A stretch of DNA of 64,000 nucleotides. Source: a virus. The notes under the pieces were generated by a model. That model worked only from the letters and a program-made list of their open reading frames with translations, ran no database searches and was not told where the DNA came from. The DNA lies in IMG/VR virus record IMGVR_UViG_3300022745_000023, positions 1 to 64,000 of that record; one strand, written 5' to 3'. The translations under genes and the position numbers were made by a program. Below, one piece after another: positions 43,963 through 53,729 of this stretch (positions within the stretch are counted from its first letter, which is position 1; each line of letters starts with the position of its first letter).

Positions 43963-46900
43963 ATGACGGACTATCCTGCTGGCTACTACAGCCGCTTTGA
44001 CCCGAACAAGAATTACGAGCGGCACCTGTTCCGGGCCGGATACGTTCTGCAGAGCGCGGAACTCAACGAACTCCAAGAGAGTTCGCTGAACCGCATGCAG
44101 GGGATTTCGGATTCGTTGTTCAAGGATGGCAGCATCATCCGCGACTGCGTGGTAGTGGTGGACCCGACGACCGGCGCGACCACCTGCAATTCGGGTGCGA
44201 TCTATCTGCGCGGCGCGGTGCGTGGCATCCCCCCGCAGACGTTCACCATTCCGGTGGTCGGCACCATTGCGATTGGCATCCGTCTGATTGAGACGGTCGT
44301 CACCGAAACCGACGACCCGGACCTCAAAGACCCTGCGGTGGGCCTGCGCAACTATGCCCGTGCGGGGGCTGCGCGTTTGAAGCTGGAGCCTCAGTGGGGC
44401 TGGGATGGCGACGGATCGACGGCTGACTTCTTCCCCGTCTACACGGTCGATGGAGGCATTCTTCGCCCCAAGGAAGCGCCGCCGCAGATCGACTCGGTGA
44501 CGCAGGCGATTGCCCGGTACGACCGAGACTCGTCGGGCGGGACGTATGTCGTCGCTGGCCTGAACTGCCAAATCCTGCCCGATGACGGGTCAAATCAGGT
44601 CTATTCGATCAGCGACGGCAGCGCTCGCGTGCGCGGCAATGGTGTGACGCTGAGCACTTCGCGTCGCGTCGTGATCGACCCGGCCCCGGACCTGCGGTAC
44701 GTGGAGACGGAACCGCATCTGTCGAGCGGAACGTCATCGCAGCGCGTCAACTTGAACCTCTATCCGGTCAAAAACGTGGTGCTGGCGACGATCACCGCGC
44801 AGAAGACTGTAACGCTGACCCACGGGGCTTATTCCGGGGCGTCTGACGTTCTTCCCGATGCTTCGGTCCTCTCGATTGTCTCTGTCACGCAGGGAGCAAC
44901 GACTTACGCGGCGACGACCGATTATCTGCTGACCGGCAACTCGGTTGATTGGTCCCCAGCGGGTGCTGAGCCTGCCACAGGCTCGACCTATTCGGTCACC
45001 TACAACTACATCACCTCAGTGACCCCGGACAGCGTGGATGCGTCCGGGCTGTACGTGACCGGCGCTCTTGCGGGCACGTTGATCCTCGTGTCGTACAACC
45101 AGTTCATGCCGCGCATCGACCGCATCTGCTTGGCCGACGACGGACAAGTGGTGTTCATCAAGGGGGTGTCGGCCAACGCGAATCCGATGGCCCCGATGGT
45201 CCCGGATTCGCTGCTGCCTTTGGCGACGATCACCCAGACTTGGGACGCGAATCGCTCGATTGACAATGACGGCGTGCGCGTGGTCCCGATGAAGGACTTG
45301 GCCGCGATCAATGCGCGGATCGACCACGTGCTTGGGCTGGTAGCCCAGCAGGGGCTGGAGTCGAACGTCCACAGCCGTGAAGCCAATGCGCTCAAGGGCC
45401 TGTTCACCGACCCGTTTCTTGATGATAGCCAGCGTGACGCCGGGATTGCGCAGACTGCTGCGATCTACAACGGCGTGCTGGCGCTGCCGATTACCGTCTC
45501 GGCAAGCGATTGCGATTCCCGTTCGCCGGGCACCGCTTCGACGATGGCCTCCAGCACCGAGGCAGTTGTCTCGCAAATCCTGCGCAGCAACTCCAAGAAG
45601 GTAAACCCCTACATGGCGTTCGCCCCGCTTCCGGCGGTGGCAACGCTCGATCCGTCGCTGGATCGCTGGGTCAACATCAACACGGTGTGGTCCAGCCCGA
45701 TCACTCGCTTGATTGCCGGGGCGTGGACTTGGTTCAACCGCTCGAACCTGCTGGCGACTGTCTCCAGTCTCCCGTCGATGTTCCTGCGCAGCCGCACGAT
45801 CAATTTCTCGCTGACCAATTTTGCGCCGAACGAGCCGATCTCGACAATCACGTTCGACGGAATCACCCTGTTGACGGCGGCTTACACGGCAGACGCTTCT
45901 GGCGCGGTTTCCGGATCGTTTACGATTCCTGCGAACGTGCCGGTCGGCTCGAAACTAGTTGTGTTCAATGGCGCGTATGGCACCACTGCATCGGCCACCT
46001 ACGTCGGGCAGGGGATCGACCAGATCACCACTCGCACGGTGGTCACGCAGCTTGCTCCGCGTTTCATTGACCCGCTGGCGGAAACCTTCACGCTTCCATC
46101 GTCGCGGCAGGTCAAGGCAATCGGCCTGTGGTTTACAGCCAAGGGGACGAAGCCCGTTGAGGTCCAGATTCGGGAAACCAGCAATGGCGTTCCGACCCAG
46201 ACCGTTCTCACCTCGGCCCGGCTGGCTGCGTCCGCCATCAGCCTGAGCGACGAAACGATCTTCACCTTCTCGAACCCGGTGTTCCTGCAGGGCGGCGTCG
46301 AATACGCGATGGTCGTGCTCACCGATGATGCCACGACCGCTTGCGCGACTGCGGTTCTGGGCGAGTTCGACAACGTCAACCACAAGTGGGTGACGGAGCA
46401 GCCTTACCAGATTGGCGTGCTGCTTTCCTCGTCGAACGCCTCGACGTGGACCGCTCACCAAGCCGAGGATTTGACGTTCCGCATCTACGCGGCAACCTTC
46501 ACCGAAACCACCAAGACGGTGTCGCTCGGAACGGTCGCGGTGACCGGGGCTACGGACCTGTCGATCCGCGCCAACGTCGAAAACCCGTCGAGCGCGACCG
46601 ACTGCACGTTCCTGCTGCAGCTTCCCGATGGCTCGACGCAGCGCGTGGTGGCCGATCAGGTAGTGCAGCTTGCGTCTCCGGTGACCGGCAACGTCACCGT
46701 GTCCGCCGAGTTGAAGGGGACCACTTCTGCCGCGCCGATTTTGCACCGCGACGTGCAGTTGGTGTGGGGCGTCATCAGTTCCACCGGCTCTTACGTTTCG
46801 CGTGCGATTCCGGGCGGCACCAGCGTCAAGCTGAGGGTCATTATCGAAGTGCTGCTTCCGGGCTCGTCCTCGATTGCAGTGTCTGGCAAGGGCACGACCG

Positions 46901-47076
46901 ATGGTTCTTGGACGGCGCTATCGCAGACCGCTTCGCAGATCATGCAGGACGGCTGGGTCGAGTTGACCTATGAATCGGCCTTGCTCACCAAGACGCTGTT
47001 CCAAGCCAAAATCGACCTGAGTGGTTCGTCGCAGTATCGCCCGCAGGCGCGCAACCTGCGCGTGCTGGTCGTCTGA
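43963..47076 (+). CDS. DUF4815-type baseplate wedge/fibre protein
   Basis: FRAGYVLQSAELNELQ, DPLAETF. Confidence 0.85.
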   Translation: MTDYPAGYYSRFDPNKNYERHLFRAGYVLQSAELNELQESSLNRMQGISDSLFKDGSIIRDCVVVVDPTTGATTCNSGAIYLRGAVRGIPPQTFTIPVVGTIAIGIRLIETVVTETDDPDLKDPAVGLRNYARAGAARLKLEPQWGWDGDGSTADFFPVYTVDGGILRPKEAPPQIDSVTQAIARYDRDSSGGTYVVAGLNCQILPDDGSNQVYSISDGSARVRGNGVTLSTSRRVVIDPAPDLRYVETEPHLSSGTSSQRVNLNLYPVKNVVLATITAQKTVTLTHGAYSGASDVLPDASVLSIVSVTQGATTYAATTDYLLTGNSVDWSPAGAEPATGSTYSVTYNYITSVTPDSVDASGLYVTGALAGTLILVSYNQFMPRIDRICLADDGQVVFIKGVSANANPMAPMVPDSLLPLATITQTWDANRSIDNDGVRVVPMKDLAAINARIDHVLGLVAQQGLESNVHSREANALKGLFTDPFLDDSQRDAGIAQTAAIYNGVLALPITVSASDCDSRSPGTASTMASSTEAVVSQILRSNSKKVNPYMAFAPLPAVATLDPSLDRWVNINTVWSSPITRLIAGAWTWFNRSNLLATVSSLPSMFLRSRTINFSLTNFAPNEPISTITFDGITLLTAAYTADASGAVSGSFTIPANVPVGSKLVVFNGAYGTTASATYVGQGIDQITTRTVVTQLAPRFIDPLAETFTLPSSRQVKAIGLWFTAKGTKPVEVQIRETSNGVPTQTVLTSARLAASAISLSDETIFTFSNPVFLQGGVEYAMVVLTDDATTACATAVLGEFDNVNHKWVTEQPYQIGVLLSSSNASTWTAHQAEDLTFRIYAATFTETTKTVSLGTVAVTGATDLSIRANVENPSSATDCTFLLQLPDGSTQRVVADQVVQLASPVTGNVTVSAELKGTTSAAPILHRDVQLVWGVISSTGSYVSRAIPGGTSVKLRVIIEVLLPGSSSIAVSGKGTTDGSWTALSQTASQIMQDGWVELTYESALLTKTLFQAKIDLSGSSQYRPQARNLRVLVV

Positions 47077-47094
47077 CCGGAGGAGTAATGGTCA

Positions 47095-47898
47095 ATGATC
47101 GACAACAAGACGACGAACTTCGCTATCCCGCTTCCTAACGCCGGGAATAATTTGTCGGATGACGTGCTTCGTCTTGTTGCCGGGCTAACGCTGGTCGACA
47201 CGCTGCTGCTGGCGCGTCCGACGACCACTGCTGTGAATGCCGCGATCTCAAGCGCGGTGGCATCGCTGGTGAACTCGTCCCCCGCTGCTCTGGACACGCT
47301 GTCCGAACTGGCGGCGGCGCTGGGCAACGACGCGAACTTTGCCACCACGGTGACCAACGCGCTGGCCGCAAAGCTGGACAAGTCGGGCGGAACGATGACT
47401 GGCGTCATCACGTTCGCTTCTGCCCAGCGGGTCGCAGCGGCCATCGTGACCGGCCTCGCTGCGGTCGCGACTTCCGGTGCCTATGCCGACCTGTCTGGGA
47501 AGCCCACGCTTCCGTCCGGTGCGATTGTCGGGACGACCGACAGCCAGACCGTGACCAACAAGCGCGTCACCCCGCGCGCACTAACGACCGGATCGAACTC
47601 GATAATCACGCCGACTGGCGATAATGCGGATCAATTCATTCTGAGTGGTCTGGCGGTGGCGGCGAGCATAGCGGTTCCATCCGGCATTCCCACCGATGGG
47701 CAGCGCTTGATGTTGCGCATCAAGGACGACGGAACCTCGCGGGCGCTCACTTGGACGACTTCGTCGGGCGGCTATCGGGCCATGAGCGGGGTTTCCCTTC
47801 CTGCCGCAACGACGGCAGGAAAGTGGACCTATATCGGCTGCATCTGGAATGCGGCGGATTCGTTCTGGGACGTCGTCGGCGTCATCACGCAGCCGTAA
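47095..47898 (+). CDS. Tail fibre protein
   Basis: PAALDTLSELAAALGNDANFATT, LDKSGGTMTG, ATSGAYADLSGKP. Confidence 0.88.
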   Translation: MIDNKTTNFAIPLPNAGNNLSDDVLRLVAGLTLVDTLLLARPTTTAVNAAISSAVASLVNSSPAALDTLSELAAALGNDANFATTVTNALAAKLDKSGGTMTGVITFASAQRVAAAIVTGLAAVATSGAYADLSGKPTLPSGAIVGTTDSQTVTNKRVTPRALTTGSNSIITPTGDNADQFILSGLAVAASIAVPSGIPTDGQRLMLRIKDDGTSRALTWTTSSGGYRAMSGVSLPAATTAGKWTYIGCIWNAADSFWDVVGVITQP

Positions 47899-47912
47899 CG
47901 TGGAGGTGATTT

Positions 47913-48104
47913 GTGGCTGATCCTGTCGAGGCACGGTGCGCGGTTGTCCAGTCTGCGGACAATGTCGTGGTCAACATCATCGTTGCGCTTCCTTCTGACC
48001 CTGTGCCGGATGGCTGCTTTCTGGTCGAAGTGATGAACGGGCAGGACTGCAACATGGGCTGGGTCTATGACGGTGCGAACTTCGTCGCGCCGAGTGCTGG
48101 CTGA
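47913..48104 (+). CDS. Small fibre-associated protein
   Basis: VVNIIV...GWVYDG..F..P. Confidence 0.7.
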   Translation: MADPVEARCAVVQSADNVVVNIIVALPSDPVPDGCFLVEVMNGQDCNMGWVYDGANFVAPSAG

Positions 48105-50020
48105 TGGCGACCAAGACCGTCCTCCTGACGTCCGGGACGGCATGGCCAGTTCCCTTCGACCTTGACCCGGCTGGGAGCTTCACTGTCACCTGCATCGGCG
48201 GCGGTGCGGGCGGTGGCGGCGTTGCGGGCGGTGGCGGTGGCGGCGGCGGATGGTCGCGCTCGCAAATTTCGCTCAATGGCCTGACTCCCGGTTCTTCGGT
48301 CTGCTATTACGCAATTGGCGGCGGCGGCGGCGCGGGCAACTCTGTCTCAAACGGCGGTAGCGGCGGCGATACGTGGTTCAACAAGTCTGCAAATACCGCG
48401 CCTTCGTTTACGACTGATGGCGCGGTGGCGCGTGGTGGCACTGGTGGCAACACAACAGTTGGTGTTGGTGGCGCTGGTGGCAATGCGGCTTCTGGTGTTG
48501 GCCAAATTAAGTCGAGTGGTGGTAGCGGCGGTAACGCGAGCGGCGGCGGCGGCGCTGCTGGCAGCATTCTTGGAAATGGCGGTAGTGGCTCTGCTGGGGC
48601 TGGTGCATCCTTTAACGCAGGTTCAGGCGGTGGCGGCGTTGGCGGCAATGGTTTTGTGTTTGCGGACCAATATACCGGCGGCAACGGTGGCCTAACCTTT
48701 TCTGGCGCTGCTGGCGGTGCTGGTTCCGCAAGCGGGTCTGGCGGAGCCGGTGCAAATGGTGGCGGCGGCGCGGGCGGCGGTTACGATTCCGTTTCGGACT
48801 TTTCGTATCCGGGTGGCAATGGCGGCAGCGGAACTGACACGCTTCTGTCCACTGGCGCTTATGTCGGGTCTGGCGGCGGCGGTGGCGGTGGTGCTGGGGC
48901 AGGGGATGGCGGCGCTGCTGGCGGTAATGGCGGCTTGTACGGCGGCGGCGGCGGCGGCGGCGGCTGGAGCAGTGCCAGTGGCGGTGCTGGTGCGCAAGGC
49001 GCGATCATCATCACTTACACGGTGCGCACGCTCAAGACGATCATCCTGACGTCTGGCACAACGTGGACGCTTCCTCCCGATATTGACACGCAGTCGCTGG
49101 CTTCCGTCACCTGCATCGGCGGCGGCGGTGGCGGTGCGCGCCGCGCTGATGGTTCAAGTGGCGCGAACGGTGCTGGTGGTGGCGGCGCTTTTGCGCAGTC
49201 TCTTGTTTCGCTCAGCGGCATGACGCCGGGCTCGTCGTCCTGCTACATCAACGTCGGTGCGGGCGGTGCTGGGGCATCTGTTTCAAACGGTTCCGGTGGC
49301 AACGGCGGCGACACGTGGTTCAACAAGAGCGCGAACGCTGCCCCGATTTCGTCCACAAACGGTGCTTTGGCAAGGGCCGGTAATGGCGCATCGGGAACGA
49401 CTGGCGGGTTCGGTGGGTTGTCCTCGACGAGCGTCGGGACCACCGTCTATTCCGGGGGTTCTGGCGGCACAGGTCAGACCACAGGCACAGGTTCTGGCGG
49501 CGCTGGCGGCGGTTCTGCTGCATCGTTGCGCGGTGTTGGCAGCGCGGGTGCTGCGGTTGTTTCTCGTGCGCGCGGTTACGGAAGTGGTGGCGGCGGTGTC
49601 GGCGGTGCTGGTTTTTCTGGTGGCAGCAGCGGTGGCAACGGGGGGCTAACCTATAAGGGCGCGGCTGGCGGCGTTGGCGCAACCGTTGATGCGGCGGTTG
49701 GCGGTTCCGGGGCGGACGGCGGCGGCGGCGGCGGCGGCGGCGGCGCATCTGGCACGGGTGGCGCAGGCGGCACGGGTGGCGCTGGTACTGAGTTCACCCT
49801 GACTGCGGGCGGCACGGCTGGTGCAGGCGGCGGAGGGGGCGGCGGAGGTGGCTCCAGCACCCTTGGCGGCGCTGGTGGCTCCGGTGGCCTGTACGGTGCT
49901 GGTGGGGCGTCTGGCGGCGGTTCTGGCTCGATTTCCGGCAATGGCGGGAACGGCGCGCAGGGGGTGATCATCATTCAGTACGCAGCGCTTGTTCCAACCG
50001 GGCTGCTCCTGATGTTCTGA
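48104..50020 (+). CDS. Glycine-rich adhesin-like protein with two tandem modules
   Basis: KT..LTSGT.W..P..VTCIGGG...GAQG.IIITY occurs twice. Confidence 0.82.
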   Translation: MATKTVLLTSGTAWPVPFDLDPAGSFTVTCIGGGAGGGGVAGGGGGGGGWSRSQISLNGLTPGSSVCYYAIGGGGGAGNSVSNGGSGGDTWFNKSANTAPSFTTDGAVARGGTGGNTTVGVGGAGGNAASGVGQIKSSGGSGGNASGGGGAAGSILGNGGSGSAGAGASFNAGSGGGGVGGNGFVFADQYTGGNGGLTFSGAAGGAGSASGSGGAGANGGGGAGGGYDSVSDFSYPGGNGGSGTDTLLSTGAYVGSGGGGGGGAGAGDGGAAGGNGGLYGGGGGGGGWSSASGGAGAQGAIIITYTVRTLKTIILTSGTTWTLPPDIDTQSLASVTCIGGGGGGARRADGSSGANGAGGGGAFAQSLVSLSGMTPGSSSCYINVGAGGAGASVSNGSGGNGGDTWFNKSANAAPISSTNGALARAGNGASGTTGGFGGLSSTSVGTTVYSGGSGGTGQTTGTGSGGAGGGSAASLRGVGSAGAAVVSRARGYGSGGGGVGGAGFSGGSSGGNGGLTYKGAAGGVGATVDAAVGGSGADGGGGGGGGGASGTGGAGGTGGAGTEFTLTAGGTAGAGGGGGGGGGSSTLGGAGGSGGLYGAGGASGGGSGSISGNGGNGAQGVIIIQYAALVPTGLLLMF

Positions 50021-50035
50021 TACCATCGCCGTCGC

Positions 50036-50110
50036 GGCGCGATGGCAGAATGGCTCATGCACTGGATTGCAAATCCAGCTATCTCGGTTCGATTCCGGGT
50101 CGCGCCTCCA
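50036..50110 (+). tRNA. trnC: tRNA-Cys(GCA)
   Basis: GGCGCGA/TCGCGCC acceptor, CTGGA-TTGCAAA-TCCAG, GGTTCGATTCC, U73 plus CCA. Confidence 0.96.
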
Positions 50111-50167
50111 AGCCGGGATGGTTGACCGGGCGGTTTATCCGCCGAAACCCGCGCCAATCCTCACTCT

Positions 50168-50190
50168 CGAACGGATTGCAAATCGTTTCG
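50168..50190. other. Candidate attP core: second copy of the tRNA-Cys anticodon arm
   Basis: GGATTGCAAATC at 50173-50184 is identical to 50064-50075, inside an imperfect inverted repeat, upstream of int. Confidence 0.5.
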
Positions 50191-50338
50191 TTTCCCTGAA
50201 TAAACCACATTATTGCGGCCTACAGCGTCATTTCTGAACCTGCGGGCTATAGCTTTCCGCGTTTCACAACCTGTAAAATCCTACCGGGGCGGTCAAAACC
50301 GCTCGTGGGGCGTTACTCTTGTGGGATAAGGAACTGAC

Positions 50339-51445
50339 ATGGCAACGTGGCGGCAACGATTAAGCGGTTCTTATGAGTTCACGGTGAAGCGCAAGGGCCT
50401 GTTGCCCAAGCCCTTGTCGCTGACCTTCGATGATCTGGAAAAGGGCAAGGAATACTGCGCCAAGCTGGAAGCGATGCTCGACAAGGGAATAATCCCGCCG
50501 GAGTTTGCGGTGAAGGCGGTGGGGTCGGTTGACCAGCTTGTAGATAAATGGGGCGATGAAGCGCCAATCTCGGAATCTGACCGCCATATGCTGCTGGCGC
50601 TCGCAGCGCGCGTTAAGGGCGCCTCTCTGGCCGATGTGGACTATCGCTGGTGTGAGGACTGGATTTCGGCCATGAAGCGCGTGGACCGGCTCTCTCCGTC
50701 CACCATCAGGCATTACGTGGGCGTTCTGGCCCGGTGCTTCGATTGGGGTGGCAAGCGCCACCCGGAACTGGCTGTGAATCCCCTTCGGATGCTCCCCAAG
50801 GGCTATTCCTCCTATACCTCGGCAGACGTAAAGGAGGCTGGGATTGAGCGCGATGATGTGGAGCGCGACCGGCGGCTGGAAGATGGTGAAGAAGATCGGA
50901 TTCGCGCCGTGCTGGCCGGGCAAAGCAAGACGCGGCAGCCGCCGCCGGGGTTCGCCCGCCGGGCGGAACTGGCCTTCATGTTTGACCTCGCTCTGGAAAC
51001 GGCCATGCGGATGCGGGAAATTTTCACGCTGACTGTCGATCAGATTGATCTTGAGAAGCGGACGATTTTTCTCGACCGAACCAAGAACGGGGATAAGCGC
51101 GCGGTGCCTATGAGTTCCGTTGTGCGCGCGCTGGCCCCTGCCTATCTTGCGCGAATCCCGCCCGGCGGGCGGGCCTTTCCCTCGATCTGGGATGGCGATC
51201 TGGCGGTGAAGGCTCTCAAGTCAACATCGACCCGCATTTCGTCACAATGGACGCGCATCTTCGATACCGCCGGTTGTGATGGCTTGAACTTTCACGACCT
51301 GCGCCATGAGGCTACAAGCCGCTTGTTCGAGCGAACGACTCTCGATCCGGTGTCGATCAGCCGGATCACAGGCCACAAAGACCCGCGTGTCCTGCGCCGA
51401 TACACAAACCTGCGCGGAAGCGATCTATCAGACCGGCTTTGGTGA
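50339..51445 (+). CDS. int: Tyrosine integrase
   Basis: TAMR..E, TKNG, FHDLRH, ITGH, RY. Confidence 0.96.
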   Translation: MATWRQRLSGSYEFTVKRKGLLPKPLSLTFDDLEKGKEYCAKLEAMLDKGIIPPEFAVKAVGSVDQLVDKWGDEAPISESDRHMLLALAARVKGASLADVDYRWCEDWISAMKRVDRLSPSTIRHYVGVLARCFDWGGKRHPELAVNPLRMLPKGYSSYTSADVKEAGIERDDVERDRRLEDGEEDRIRAVLAGQSKTRQPPPGFARRAELAFMFDLALETAMRMREIFTLTVDQIDLEKRTIFLDRTKNGDKRAVPMSSVVRALAPAYLARIPPGGRAFPSIWDGDLAVKALKSTSTRISSQWTRIFDTAGCDGLNFHDLRHEATSRLFERTTLDPVSISRITGHKDPRVLRRYTNLRGSDLSDRLW

Positions 51446-51460
51446 TCGTCTGGTAACAAC

Positions 51461-51491
51461 AAGGCCCCTTGATGATCGTCAAGGGCCTTTT
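51461..51491. terminator. Terminator between the convergent int and xis genes
   Basis: AAGGCCCCTTGA..TCAAGGGCCTTTT. Confidence 0.75.
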
Positions 51492-51499
51492 CGCTTACA

Positions 51500-51763
51500 T
51501 CAAACCAGTGCCGGCAGCTTGCGGCGCGCTCGGCCCGGCTTGTTGGCGATGATGCGGCGCGCGGCTTGCGCGGCGGTAATTCGGTTATCGAGGTAGCGGG
51601 CAACATCGCTTTCGCGGAATACCCAGCCCCGGCCTACCTTGCAGGCGGGGAGGTCGCCCTCCCGCGCCAGCTTGGCAACAAATCCGGGGCTGGCGATTAG
51701 CCTTTGCGCTGCCTCTCGCAGCGTCAAGGTTCGCAGCCCCGGCGCATCATCATGCCGTGCCAT
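51500..51763 (-). CDS. xis: Excisionase-family HTH protein
   Basis: LTLREAAQRL..G.LPACKVGRGWVFRESDV. Confidence 0.82.
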   Translation of the reverse strand: MARHDDAPGLRTLTLREAAQRLIASPGFVAKLAREGDLPACKVGRGWVFRESDVARYLDNRITAAQAARRIIANKPGRARRKLPALV

Positions 51764-52016
51764 GATCCTGCACATCGCCGGCATGGGCGGTGGTGGATTC
51801 AATGACGTTATCGCGAAATTTGAATGCCTTGAATTTCTTCCGCATGTCCTTGAGGCGCGCGATTTCCGCCTTGGACAGTTCATCGAATTTGCGCTTGGCT
51901 GCGCGCAGGCCCTTGAAAACAGAGACATTGAGTTCGGGGCTTTTGGAATAGAAGCCGGTTTTCTGTTCTTCGGTGGTGATGCCGGTCGCAATATCGACTC
52001 GATAGTAGATCGTCAT
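51750..52016 (-). CDS. Hypothetical basic protein
   Basis: AAGGAG RBS, start MTIYYR. Confidence 0.65.
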   Translation of the reverse strand: MTIYYRVDIATGITTEEQKTGFYSKSPELNVSVFKGLRAAKRKFDELSKAEIARLKDMRKKFKAFKFRDNVIESTTAHAGDVQDHGTA

Positions 52017-52026
52017 GAATCGCTCC

Positions 52027-52479
52027 TTACTTGCCGGTGCTGCCGAAACCGCCTTCGCCGCGCGCGGTCGAGGACAGTTCTTCGGATTCAATGAAGGCCA
52101 CTTGCTGGACCGGGATGACCATCGCCTGCGCGATGCGCTCGCCGCTTGCGATGGGTTGGCCATGCGACGCATCGCAGGTCAGCTTGACCATCACCTCGCC
52201 GCGAAAATCACTGTCGATCACGCCGACGCAGTTGGCGAGCCGGAGGCCATGCTTGTAGGCGTGCCCGCTGCGGCCAAAAACAAGCATCACATGGCCATCG
52301 GGAACCTCGAAGGCGAGGCCGGTGCGGAACAGCCCGGTATTCGGGGCGGCCCGATTGGCGCCGGCAATGAAAATGCCTTCGATGGCGTGCAGGTCGAAAC
52401 ACGCTGCCCCCGGCGTGGCATAGACGGGCATCTTGGCGTCGGGGTGAAGGCGCTTCACCTTGAGGGGCAGATTACCCAT
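52027..52479 (-). CDS. dut: dUTPase
   Basis: ACFDL, GRSG, GVIDSDFRGE, RIAQ, RGEGGFGSTG. Confidence 0.97.
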   Translation of the reverse strand: MGNLPLKVKRLHPDAKMPVYATPGAACFDLHAIEGIFIAGANRAAPNTGLFRTGLAFEVPDGHVMLVFGRSGHAYKHGLRLANCVGVIDSDFRGEVMVKLTCDASHGQPIASGERIAQAMVIPVQQVAFIESEELSSTARGEGGFGSTGK

Positions 52480-52837
52480 TGGCGGCTTCCTCCGCTGCGG
52501 CGCGCTTGGTGGAGACCATTTCCCCCAGCTTGTGCAAGTCGGCGCTGCGCTGCCCTTCAACAATCACATCGCGCAATTCTTCATCGGTCAGGCCGACCGT
52601 AAAGGCTGCGTTCACGGCGTTGCTCAAAAACAATTGCGCGGCGAGTTTGCGCGCGCCCTCATCTTGCAGAAATTCCGTAGCGAAAAAAGTCGCAACCCCG
52701 ATAAGCGCGGGGAACGCATAGGTTGTGCTTTCGCCGCCGATGGCATTGCCAATCAAACCCGCGATACGCACCGTTTCATCCGTCGCTTTCGCAATGACTT
52801 CCGCACTCAATTGCGGCTGCTGATTTTCAGTTTCCAT
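52472..52837 (-). CDS. Hypothetical protein
   Basis: GGAG RBS, start METENQ. Confidence 0.65.
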   Translation of the reverse strand: METENQQPQLSAEVIAKATDETVRIAGLIGNAIGGESTTYAFPALIGVATFFATEFLQDEGARKLAAQLFLSNAVNAAFTVGLTDEELRDVIVEGQRSADLHKLGEMVSTKRAAAEEAANG

Positions 52838-53138
52838 AGGTTTGCTCCAACTTCTGCTTGGTAAGTTCAAGGAGTTCGAGTTCGGTGATGCCGTACTCGC
52901 GCTCGAATGCTCTGCGGCCCATACCGTGAAGGCCGGTGTCGCCGCGATGGTGTTCTGGACAAAGACCGACGACGTCATAGTTACTTGCCCTGCGCCCGAC
53001 GCCAGCCCTTGTTCGCAGATGGTGAATTTCAGCAGGAGTTGCGTCAAACCCAAGGTGGTCGCATAGGGCGCAACCCAAGTCCGCTACTCGCCCCATGTGC
53101 CGCTTTTCTGCTGCGGTGGCACTTCCACGCTTAGACAT
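52827..53138 (-). CDS. Ref-family (recombination enhancement) HNH nuclease
   Basis: GCALC..EIHH..LCPEHHRG..H..FEREYG. Confidence 0.8.
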   Translation of the reverse strand: MSKRGSATAAEKRHMGRVADLGCALCDHLGFDATPAEIHHLRTRAGVGRRASNYDVVGLCPEHHRGDTGLHGMGRRAFEREYGITELELLELTKQKLEQTYGN

Positions 53139-53670
53139 GTCCCCAACTTCTTCCATTTTTTATGCGCGACACCTGCGTCGTGCTGATTCCATACTTTTTG
53201 GCCAGTGCTATCCCTGTTTCATTGCTTTCGCGGATAGCGACTACGTCTCTCTTACCTATTTTGACCATGCGATGCGCTTCGCCATGCAAGTAACGACCAT
53301 GCTCTAGACGGTCACGGTTGTTTTCTGCTTGAGTGCCCCAGCGAAGGTTGTCAGGACGATTGTTGGACGGGTCGCCATCGTTGTGACACGCCTGCTCGCC
53401 ATCCTGCGGCTCCCCCTTAAAAGCTAAAAGAACAAGGCGGGCTATATGGACGTTAAACCGCTGTCGATTTACCCCAAGATGAACAACGAGGTGCCCATAC
53501 TTATCTCCCTTACATGGAGATAAGACCTTTCCCTTGTAGTGCTGTTTGACTACTTTCCCAGCAACGGCGGAAAACTTCTCAACCTCTCTGTCCTTGGAGC
53601 GTATTCGCCCAAAGGATGAAGCCTCATAGTTTTCTCCGTAGCCGGGAATTAGTCTCCATCTTTCGTTCAT
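53131..53670 (-). CDS. NUMOD4-HNH homing endonuclease
   Basis: ERWRLIPGY..YEASSFGRIRS; HNDGDPSNNRPDNLRW..N. Confidence 0.92.
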   Translation of the reverse strand: MNERWRLIPGYGENYEASSFGRIRSKDREVEKFSAVAGKVVKQHYKGKVLSPCKGDKYGHLVVHLGVNRQRFNVHIARLVLLAFKGEPQDGEQACHNDGDPSNNRPDNLRWGTQAENNRDRLEHGRYLHGEAHRMVKIGKRDVVAIRESNETGIALAKKYGISTTQVSRIKNGRSWGHV

Positions 53671-53729
53671 GCAACCAAACCTTGCAAAACAGAATTACGT
53701 GTTTTTTTAAGAGGCCACGCTCCCCTCAA

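Noticed and set aside
47095-50020. Diversity-generating retroelement or invertible fibre cassette
   Set aside because: No reverse transcriptase, no adenine-specific TR/VR pair, no invertase or inverted crossover sites seen.
50036-50110. tRNA-Cys as a host gene marking a prophage boundary
   Set aside because: Phage genes continue on both sides and no host genes occur in the window.
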